A stretch of DNA of 64,000 nucleotides from Takakia lepidozioides (lineage: Eukaryota; Plantae; Bryophyta): positions 74,710,001 through 74,774,000 of the forward strand of contig CM060731.1 of the NCBI GenBank assembly GCA_030704615.1, written 5' to 3'. Shown here in pieces: positions 11,074 through 20,419 of this stretch. How positions within the stretch are numbered: position 1 is the stretch's first letter; every line of letters starts with the position of its first letter. The notes below the pieces were generated by a model, which was given only the letters and a program-made list of their open reading frames with translations, made no database searches and had not been told where the DNA came from. A program made the translations under genes and the position numbers.

Positions 11074-13755
11074 GTGGTATCATCGACAGCTCCAACTCAT
11101 CGCATGTTTGAATCGCCCAACTTGGGGCGAGAGGGCAAACTTAAGCCTTTTGTTGGTGGACGGGAGGACTTGCAACGACAGTACGACAGAGTAGGCATTG
11201 GGGAGGTTGGTGCAGGCGGCATGGCAGATGAAGGGCGTGAGGACATGAGGACAGCAGATCCGGCAATGGAGGTTGTTCATGCACATGCAGTAGGGCCCGC
11301 CCACGCAAAGAAAAAGAAGAAAGCTAAGCATATGCAATCCCCGGCGAGAGAGCAGTTACGGGCTGCGGAGGGGGGAGTGAGCAGTGCGCGCGAGGGTGTC
11401 AGTTCGCCTCAATCAAAGGTGGTCGTCCTGGAGGGCTCCCCTGCTGCTAGCCCTAGTAAGAAACAGAAAGCCCGTGAGAGAGCAAAAGAGAGGGCAAAAG
11501 AGCAGACGAGACAGAATGCTAGCCAGGAGGAAAGAGAAAAGGCAGCTGAAGAGGCCAGGGGTGCCCAAATGACAGATGCCAATGTAAGCGAGGGACGCAC
11601 AGAGACGGTGGATCCCTCCAAGACACCACAGAGAGGCAGTAACACACCGGTTAGACCATCGCGGGCAAGAGCAGCCCCCGCAATTACCCATACGGTGGAG
11701 AGTGGAGGAGAGGAAAGAACACCTGAAAGAGCACGGATTGTGCAAGTTCCAGGTGAAGCCAGGGAGAGGGCAGTAGAGACGGGGAGAGTGCTGGAGGTGG
11801 TTTCGCAGGTGGCTGACCCTGTTGAGGAGGACGACAGGGAGCTTTCTGACCAGGATGACATCCTCCCGGACATCCCCAGGCCCCAAACCCGGAGCATACA
11901 GGCTGGATTTGGCGGTCCTGGTGGGCTGCCGGAAAACCCCTCTACAGCAGACGTCATGTCTGAGGCGGATATGAAGTTGGCCGCTGCCAAGATGTTGGAG
12001 GCAACCCACAGCAACATTGGCAGGGTGCTGGGGGGATGGTGTACCCGGCCAAGCTTCGAATTCCCCTTTGCCGCTTGGTGTCATTGCAGGTGGTGAGACC
12101 TGCCCTCCCAGGCGATATCAACAAAGCTGAAATTCTCTTTCCGGGATGGATATCGAATGGGGTCTGCCGCCTTTTACGTTTCCATTGAGAACGACCACGG
12201 AGCTTCCCGTGCCCACACTTCCGATGAGGTGGACAAATGGGGTCCCCATTGGCAAACGCGAAATGAGGAGTTCGAGAGATCGATTGCTAGTGATCCTCTT
12301 TTCCAGCACTTGTCCGGTAAGATGTTCTACGTGTGGGACGACAATCATCGCCTCCTGGCATGGATGGAGCACATTGCCCAAGCCCACCCCAACGACCTCG
12401 ATTGGCATTTCGCCGTGGATTGTGTTGTGCTGAAGGTTGCGGGGCCCAAAGATCGCAGTCTTCTCAAAGCTGCAATGACCGACATCAACTCGTAAGCTAC
12501 AACCCCTCTCGCTTTTGGACTTTGAATTTGGAAGTCATTTCATTGCGAATCCTCATATATGATGAAAATTCCCATTTCAGTATTGTTTGATGGAAATGTG
12601 GCACTGCAGGGTGACTGAGAATGCCTTCATTGCCACCAACTTGTCCCATATGCTCTTCCGAGTGAAGGATGTCGGGAAGCAGGGGGTGCAAGAGTTTGCC
12701 AATTCCCTCAGTGCCGACCTCCTGCGCAAGTCGGAGGCAAAGGTAGACAGAACCTGGTATAGGCTGAGCGTCGACGCCATGGTGGACTACATATTTCGGG
12801 TAAAGCTCCTGACAGTTTTGTTGAGCTAATCTGTCTCTCCTCCCCCAATAGAAGAAATTGTGTTGAGCAGGATCTCTAATCTTATGTGCGCATTCTTGAC
12901 AGACGAAAATACAGCAGGATTTGGCACATGCGCGGAGGTTCTACATGGAGTCAGAGGAGAAGAATCCAACCCTCCCGGAACTCGAATCGTATGTCAAAGC
13001 TGCGGAGGTGAGGGCCCGCATAAAGTACAAGTCGCGGATGGTAAAGTACGTGGCCATAGCTGATCCCGCCCTTAGTGCCGACTTTCTGGTGGAGGTGGGG
13101 AAGCACTACTCTCGCGCTCTGAAGCCCACGATGACATTGGAGAAGCTCCATCGTCTAGCCACATCCTGTGTGGATGCAACAGAAAAGGTGATACATTCTT
13201 AACAAATTGTGGTGGCAACAACTCCTTTTTGTGGTGTTTGGCGCTTACGAATATGCTGGGTGGTTGGACAGACCTGGTGGCTCCAAATCTGGAATGGTTC
13301 CCAAAGTACCAGGGACATGTGGAGCTTCCCCAAACCGGACAAACTCTCTGACCCCACATTCGACATGTGGATGAACCGCATGACATGGTGGTTTCAGGTA
13401 CTTCCCCACGCTTCGTTTGGGGCTTCTACTCTAGTAGGGGTGGATTCATTGTATTTTTTGAGGAAAGCGATCTGATGGACAATCTCCACAAGTGACGACG
13501 AATGCGCAAGAGCAGCTGGACACACAAGCACATCAGTTCAAGATGGAGATATCTCTTGCAGCAGAGAGCCTACGTGACTATGTGACGAGGTACTTTCTGC
13601 TCTACAAAACCAACCTATTTTTTCGGGAGATAGCAGATGCTCGCCGGAGCCACGAGTTCACCGACCAGCCGAACGCGGACAAAGCAGCAATGCGCCTTTT
13701 GTACAGGTACATACGCGCTGCCTTTCTTTCAAGTCCTGGCATTTCAAGATGTTAG
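11074..13755 (+). pseudogene. 5' part of MULE D cargo gene: low-complexity charged N-terminus plus ParB/Sulfiredoxin-like domain; about 5 exons; frameshifts near 12040 and 12125
   Basis: RIPLCRLVSLQVVRPAL..SAAFYVS..MFYVWDDNHRLLAW (12325-12363) resembles the ParB/Srx 'hhDGxHRh.A' motif. GT-AG introns at about 12492-12609, 12800-12902, 13188-13271 and 13398-~13491. Confidence 0.62.
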
Positions 13756-14450
13756 AGGCCTCAAGTGGTGTTAGGGAAAATGGCGCCGAATTTCCAGTCA
13801 GGGCTCCGAAAATGGCTAAGTCCCTAGACTGGCTGGCCCGGAACTGGAAATTCGGTGCCATTTTCCAGTTCCAGGCCCTATTGCCGTCCAGGGACTTAGC
13901 CATTTTCGGTCTAAGTCCCTAGGGTGGCTGGCCCGGAACTGGAAATTTGGCGCCGTTTTCCAGTTCTAGGCCCTATTGCCGTCCAGGGACTTAGCCATTT
14001 TCGGGCTAAGTCCCTAGACTGGCTGGCCCTGAACTGGAAATTCGGCGCCATTTTCCAGTTCCAGGCCCTATTGCCGTTCAGGGACTTAGCCATTTTCGGG
14101 CTAAGTCCCTAGGGTGGCTGGCCCGGAACTGGAAATTCGGTGCCGTTTTCCAGTTCTAGGCCCTATTGCCGTCCAGGGACTTAGCCATTTTCGTGCTAAG
14201 TCCCTAGGGTGGCTGGCCCGGAACTGGAAATTCGGCGCCGTTTTCCAGTTCTAGGCCCTATTGCCGTCCAGGGACTTAGCCATTTTCGGGCTAAGTCCCT
14301 AGACTGGTTGGCCCTAAACTGGAAATTCGGCGCCATTTTCCAGTTCCAGGCCCTATTGCCGTTCAGGGACTTAGCCATTTTCGGGCTAAGTCCCTAGACT
14401 GGCTGGCCCTGAAGTGGAAATTCGGCGCCATTTTCCAGTTGTAGGCCCTA
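13750..14450. repeat. 95-bp tandem array (~7 units), each unit with two 11-bp-stem hairpins and the TTCGGCGCC core
   Basis: CTAAGTCCCTAG recurs near 13816, 13911, 14006, 14101, 14196, 14291 and 14386. Hairpins are GGGACTTAGCC/GGCTAAGTCCC and GGAACTGGAAA/TTTCCAGTTCC. Confidence 0.93.
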
Positions 14451-14773
14451 TAAGCTAAATTAATACCTCCAGTAGATGAGGAAGATGATGATAATGGAGA
14501 TGGCAGTGATGTGCCTAAGATGGTGAGGCTTGGAGAGATGAGAAGGAGCTGCACAAGGAAGTGACAGATACCATAAGGGAAATGCAGAAGAGTACTGATA
14601 TCCCTATGGTAGATTCCTCAGATTCTGAAAGAGAAGAGGAAGAGAGTGAAGATGAAGTGAAGAAAGAAGCTGCACAAGTGCAAAGTAATGAAGGGACATT
14701 GGCTGAAGTAATATGCCAAACTAAAGCTGAGATTACCATTGGACAGTTATTGGCTGTGGCACCCCATTGTAGG
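14451..14773 (+). pseudogene. Inverted fragment of the Gypsy B gag-protease linker
   Basis: ...EVICQTKAEITIGQLLAVAPHCR joins in frame, through the duplicated CATTGTAGG, to HRLYQAINQ on the minus strand reading leftward from 4007. Confidence 0.8.
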
Positions 14774-14794
14774 GGGGGTTGCTATTTCATGAGC
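14774..14794 (+). repeat. Terminal repeat 2 of MULE D (flipped by the inversion)
   Basis: GGGGGTTGCTATTTCATGAGC lies immediately after the TSD copy and now has the same orientation as the 4016 terminus. Confidence 0.8.
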
Positions 14795-14979
14795 GGAAAA
14801 AAAAAAAGCATGAGCAGACCATTGTGAGTCCACGGAAATAGGGTTAGGAGGCACGGAAATAGGGTCATGTGAAGTTGGAATGTGGCACCAGTGGACTTGA
14901 AATGCAACATTTTATTGCAAATTTTGTGGCAAGCCACGTCTATACAAGTGTGTTCTAACTGTCATAGCCGGAATGGGCA

Positions 14980-16933
14980 CTACTCTCCTACACCCTCCGA
15001 GGAACTTGCCCCACCTTCTTCCTCATCCCCCTCATCCCCCTCATCCTCCGAGCTCTGTGATGCATCAGTTCCACTATGCCTCTCAAAAATCCCGTCCTCT
15101 CCTTGGGGGACTGTCCACCTCACCTCCTGGGAATCTTCTGCGTCTTCTCCCCCACTTTCCTCAGCAGAATCCAAGACAAATCTACGAGCCCGACGGGCTC
15201 TAATAGCTGCTGCCTCCTCCCTCATCTTCATTTTCTTGAGGCTTGCCTCGTCTAAAATCTGTTGTACACGACTACGTTCGGAACACCTCCTAATGGACAC
15301 CGAAGCAAGCCGGGCAGCATAAGTAGGAAGGATGTACTCCCTTTCTGGACTAGGCATGAAATCCCCCTGGCAAAAAAAGGCACGTTCCTCCTGCCCACGA
15401 ACTCCGGTGTAGACGTCCCTCCGGCAGTACTTGGCATCCTACAGTAAGAACAAATCCACTTGAAGAATGTCAATACCAGCACAACCAGAAAGGGTTTTCA
15501 ATGAAATAAGAGAGCGGAGGGAGGTGCCTCACGAAATCTCGAGGCAACTTACAATGCCACCACTCACTCGTAAACCGGGGGCTCCTCGGCCTCGATCCCA
15601 ACTTCCTCCCCCTGCTCCTTCTCGGATTTTTCCTCATCCTCCGAGGATGCCTCTTCCTCTTTCGGCAGACGTTCAGCCGCTGCAAGTTCCGAGTTGTGGA
15701 GGGCAGTATCTGGCTCGAAGGCGAACACATGCCTATCGGACAACGTCCCTGCCCACATTGAAGCACCTGAGGAACAAAGCGGGCGGTTAATAGCTTGCGG
15801 CATGCAATTGTAATCGGGCCAGGGGACAAACTGAGCACGTGAAGGCTTACCCGTGCCACATGTGAGGTCCAGAATCCGCCCTTGGACATCCGAGCACGTC
15901 TCCATGAGGGTTTGGATGAAAGCAGGGCTCCAGGTCCGGCTATACCGCCACGGTTTGCCTGTCTTTGTGTCATTCGGCATACTAGAGTGGGGCACATAGT
16001 TGTAGAGGACATCGTAGGTTACAGGGTCCACAGCGGCATCAACAAGACGACCGTCGTTGCGGAATTTGAACGTAGACCCTCTCTTCACAAAGCAATATGC
16101 CTCAAACACCAATGTCTGCACATCCAACAAAGAAGGGATCAACTCCAGGGTCTACTTAACATACACCACAATATGAAGTGAATGCAAAAGATTGATAACT
16201 TACACTTTGGCCCACTGTTCACAACCCCTGCGTACTGATGCAAAACCATTTTCTGAGGAGGACCGGGGTGACACTTTTCGGTGTCCACCTTGCCACCGCA
16301 TTCTCTGTGGTCTTCCCTCTCGTGGCAATGACAACCACACATCCACAGTCATCCAGAAGCATCCCCGCCAGCCCAAACCCGGCTTTCCAGTAGTCCTCAG
16401 TAAACCTGTTCCAGGTGGGCACACCATCCAGGCCCTCCAGCAGCTCCCCATCTGGAATGTCGAGGAGAATCATGTCGCAAGCTCTCTCCACCTCAACCCC
16501 CCCCCCGAGTGCTCTTGCAATTCGTGCTCACAGCCGTGAAGAATTCCATCATGGCTTCAAAACCAGGGGTGTCTTTAGGCTCTGTACCGCCAGCCCTCTT
16601 CTTGGCTTTCCCCTTCTGCTCCGCCAGAGACTTGTTGTGTGCCACCTTCTTCGCCCTGGCAGCGAGAGCATCAAGGAAGCTCTCATTGACGCATTGGATG
16701 ATGGTTGGAGGTTCTAGCTTTGGCCTGTGCGTAAACGTCACCGCCGAATACCGGCGTGTAGGCTCGCCCTCAAATGCCAACTTCTTGGCAGAACCAGTCC
16801 CACTCCGAACTGACTTGGGAACCCGGACGACCGGTGACTGGGTAGGAGCAACAGCAGTCGAAGGACCTTGAACGAAGTCGTCGTCCGAGTCACTCTCTTG
16901 GGTCCCCTCCTGCGCCTCCTCCGATGCCCCGAT
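14980..16933 (-). pseudogene. 3' part of MULE D cargo gene: beta-class (motif IV before motif I) N4-cytosine/N6-adenine DNA methyltransferase-like domain with acidic tail
   Basis: Motif IV-like CDMILLDIPDG. Motif X/I-like PWRYSRTWSPAFIQTLMETCSDVQGRILDLTCGTG, spliced to ASMWAGTLSDRHVFAFEPD. GT-AG introns at 16203-16116 and 15850-15767. 1-bp frameshift in the C10 run 16497-16506 and an in-frame TGA at 16221-16219. Exon structure below 15564 is uncertain. Confidence 0.72.
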
Positions 16934-18792
16934 GAACAGGCTGCCTTACGATGTCCTGCCTGATTACAATAGTAACACAGTTCTTCACCATTGGGTCCTC
17001 ACCCTTGGTCTGCTCTGGGATTACTTCTATAATCCTGATCCCCTGGCTGGTAATTCCCCCTTGCATTACCCTGATAGTTGCCCCTGGGATTTCCTTGATA
17101 ATTCCCTCTTGGATTACCTCTTCCTCCCATACCATTGTTATAACCACCAGGCCTACCATAGTGGTCTTAATCACCGTTTCTTCTTGGCTGGGGCTGCACT
17201 TGATGCACCCTTACTTGCCTCGGTTCTCTTGCAGCTGCCCTTCTGTTGTAATAACAATTCTCAGTAGAATGGTTATCCATTTTACAAATAGTACAGTGTT
17301 TTTCCTTCATGTGGCATTCAGTGGTAGTATGGCCTTCATTCTGGCATTTTGCACACCAAACACCCTTCCTCCAATGTGTTGCAGCCTCTGTGGCATACTT
17401 CTTCAAGATTTCTTCTAATCTTTTCTCATAGTTATCCCTCTTCAACTTTTCCTTCTTCTTACTCTTCCTCTTGAGCTCTTGCTCTTCATCCTCATCTGAC
17501 TCATCCTCACAGTCCTCATCATCCATTTTCTCTCTCCTGAGCATTCCCAATTGCTCAATTCTGTTAGCTGTTTCAAATGCCTCCTCCACCGTATTATGGG
17601 GTAGCATATCCACTTCCTTTTGCAACTCTAGTCTTAGTCCACTCACAAACCAGGTCTTTTGTAACCCTGGTGCTGGTATAGCAGCCAACTTCTTCATCAT
17701 TAACTCCATCTTTTCCATGTACTCTTCAACAGTTTCATGCTTCTTTTGCCTTAACTGTTGTAAACTCCCATACACTTCATCCTCAGTTTTGCTTGTCCTG
17801 AACCTGTTTTGGAATGCCGTACTCACGCCATTCCAGGTTAGGAAATGATTATCTGGAAATCTTGCATACAATTCATTTGCTTTCATGATAAGTGAACAAG
17901 GAAACAGTCTCATCTTGGCATCATCGCCATTCTCATTGTTCACAATACACATGTGCTCAAATTGACTAATGTGTACATTAGGATCCCCTTTTCTTGAATA
18001 TATTGGAAAAGGTGGTTTTGCCCCTGTTGGTTGTAACGCCATCTGTGGCCCTACCCCCTGCCCACTGACAGGTGCTGGCCTCCTTGCTGGTGCTGGTCCT
18101 TGAGGACCTATTGTAGTTGTGGTGGAACTTCCACCAAGTGCTGGCCCCTGAGCACTCCCTGCTACTGGCCCCACTATATTCACAGTATTCCCAGCTCCAG
18201 TTGCACTACTTCCCACACTCCCTGTCCCCTCAGAGCCAGATCCAGGTAGCTCGCCTGATCCCCCTGAGCCGACACCTTCGTTGGCCTGTGATCCAAGTGC
18301 TCCACTTGATCCAGGTCCAACAGGTTGGGATGTCCTGGTTGTAGTCTCAACCTCAACTGTTGGGTCTACTTCTTCATACTCTTCATCTTCCAATTTCTTC
18401 TCTCTATTTTCATCTTCCAAGTTCTGCCCTTGGGTTTCTTCTTCTTCACTCATGTAACTCAACTGAAGTGGTGTGGGAGAGTCTGAACTCTCCGTTGGCT
18501 CTGCCACATCTTCCTCTCCTTCCTGGCCTTGTGCCTCAGAAGTTGGAGTTCCTGCTTTTGGTGTTCCATGCCAACTCTGATCAAAGATTTCCGTCAAATC
18601 TTTAATCCAGGGATGTACCTCAGATCTTTCACCTCGTGCTTGTTCTTCTTCCCGTACCAATTCCCTTAATCTTTCTTGTAAAGAATAAGAAGGAGTAGCA
18701 TCCAACTCTAGTTCTTCCGGTATGGGTGATGTACTCTCTGATCTTAATGGCGTGAGAGGTCCAGATGATTCCCCTATGTCTATCTCTCCCAA
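16934..18792 (-). pseudogene. gag of non-chromovirus Gypsy element B (retrotrans_gag core plus three Zn knuckles)
   Basis: KGDPNVHISQFE..RLFPCSL..TWN..F..RF..LRQKKHETVEEY..WFVSGL. Knuckles CAKCQNEGHTTTEC, CTICKMDNHSTENC and, after a stop, CYYCNQAGHRKAAC ending at the 16934 breakpoint. Confidence 0.9.
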
Positions 18793-18892
18793 AGATATGG
18801 ATAATTAGCTTTCAAATAACTTTATCTTTTTGCTGAATATCTCTGGAGTCTAGCTTCTCTTTCATCACTCATGTCCCATGTCTTTCATATCC

Positions 18893-19460
18893 TTAATGAG
18901 GTAATAACCAAAACTCTCTTCTGTAGTATCTCTCATATATGCCTGGGTTTCTTTCAAGCTTCAATGCACCCCTGGCTATACTAGAAGTTTCCGTTACCAT
19001 ATAACCATATGGCAAACAAGTTTGAAAAGCTGTTCTTGGTGTGAGTTTGATCCACAGAATACCCTTAGGAATCCAATTCTTTACCAGTACAAGCTCTTCA
19101 TGCATATGAGTGTAAACATTCACTTTCCTTTCCTCCCAGCCTTTAAACTCTACTCGCTTAGTGGATAGCAATGCTATCACATAAACCAGTGTTGGTAACC
19201 AACGTGCTCTTCCTCTACAGGCCACTTGATAAATCTTTATCACTCCTTTCTCCAGACCCCACTCAGGGTCAGCATCATGCACTCTCTTAAGGATGTTTTC
19301 TTTACAACCGTCTGGCAATTCCAAGAACCTCTGAAAGAATTGTTTGGACAATCTTTCCTTCTCAGTTCCACAAGGAATTTGATTCACATCAAATTCTTTA
19401 ATGCTCCAACCACCATGATCCCACCAGATGCCTGTCACATCTGGTTGTTCATGACCTAGT
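18893..19460 (-). CDS. Extra ORF of unknown function between PBS and gag of element B
   Basis: Open frame 18893-19588 with protein-like, Trp-rich composition, same strand as gag. No recognisable domain. Confidence 0.45.
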
Positions 19461-19478
19461 TCCCCAATATGGTCGCCA
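19461..19478 (-). promoter_or_regulatory. Primer-binding site of element B (TGGCGACCATATTGGGGA; non-Met, probably tRNA-Arg type)
   Basis: TGGCG.. begins 2 nt after the LTR end ...CTCGACA on the minus strand. Confidence 0.72.
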
Positions 19479-19480
19479 AA

Positions 19481-20419
19481 TGTCGAGCGGCTTTTACTCA
19501 CCCATCCCTTCGCTATCCGAGGCGGAAACTCCAAGATAGAAGAGTTGGATATCTCTAAGCACTCAGCCCGCTCAGAACAATTAGTCATGACCTACAACTA
19601 GTGAATCATGGTTGTGCTTCCTGTTTGTATTTCTTCTTATCTTCATGTTAGCCAATTACCTTACTGTGTATACTAAAGCATCAGATTGCTTCAGTATCTA
19701 TCAAGCTTCACTCAAGTCACTCTACTCAGTGTGTGTTGCATCGAATAAGTATCAGTTTTGGATTTATCAGGTATCAGGCCGAAGCCATGGTGTCTCTAAT
19801 CTGCTCTACGGTATCACTATAGCTCTACATGTAACAAGCATCTATTGTTCATCTTTCCTCCTCAAACATGCTCTCCATCCTTGTTCCCGTTCTTGCTCTC
19901 CGCTCGATCTCCTCTCCTCCTTCACCAAGAAGTGCCCCCCGTGAAGTGATCCCCTTCCTGTTGCCGCCCTGCCTCATCTCCCCGCAAGCTGTTCTAACCA
20001 CCTAACTAACTAACTGTCACCCCTGAAGTAACACGTTCCCTCTGCAGTTGTCGTTCCTACACAGTCGTTCCCTGTCAATGCTAACCGTTCCCTATGTACG
20101 TTGTGACGGGCTGTGCAAAGCTGTGTCGAGTTGTGACTGGCTGTGTAAAACTGTGCCGGGCTGTGTCGGGCTGTGACAGCTGTGACTGACTGTGCGAAGC
20201 TGTGACTGGCTGTGACGGGCTGTGTCAGGCTGTGATAGACTGTGTCGGGTTGTGACTGGCTGTGTGAGGCTGTGTCGACGTGTCTACCCTCCTAAAGCAT
20301 GCGCCTGTCACCCCTAAGGCTTCTGTTGGTCTCAGTCTACCATCCGTAAGTCTGCGCAAAAATTAAGGATACCCCGCAGAACCCGTAAAAGCGTCCAAGT
20401 CCCAAACAGCCCTCTAACA
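19481..20419 (-). mobile_element. 5' LTR of element B (TGTTAG...TCGACA), containing a degenerate 10-bp minisatellite at ~20100-20280
   Basis: TG...CA ends on the minus strand, an adjacent PBS, and an abrupt junction with the RT of element C at 20420. CTGTGACTGG/CTGTGTCGGG-type repeats inside. Confidence 0.78.

Larger units (their letters stand above)
4016..16933. mobile_element. Mutator-like DNA transposon (element D) inserted in Gypsy B; its distal part (14774-16933) now lies inverted
   Basis: Termini GAGGTGTGCTATTTCATGAGC (4016) and GGGGGTTGCTATTTCATGAGC (14774) share an exact 15-mer. Flanks CCTACAATG (4008-4016) and CATTGTAGG (14765-14773) are exact reverse complements, consistent with an 8-9 bp TSD. 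The element encodes a MULE transposase. Confidence 0.85.

Noticed and set aside
11074-16933. Bacterial/phage contamination or recent horizontal transfer as the source of ParB-MTase
   Set aside because: Multiple GT-AG introns and embedding within plant TEs with a TSD indicate long residence. An ancient prokaryotic origin remains plausible.
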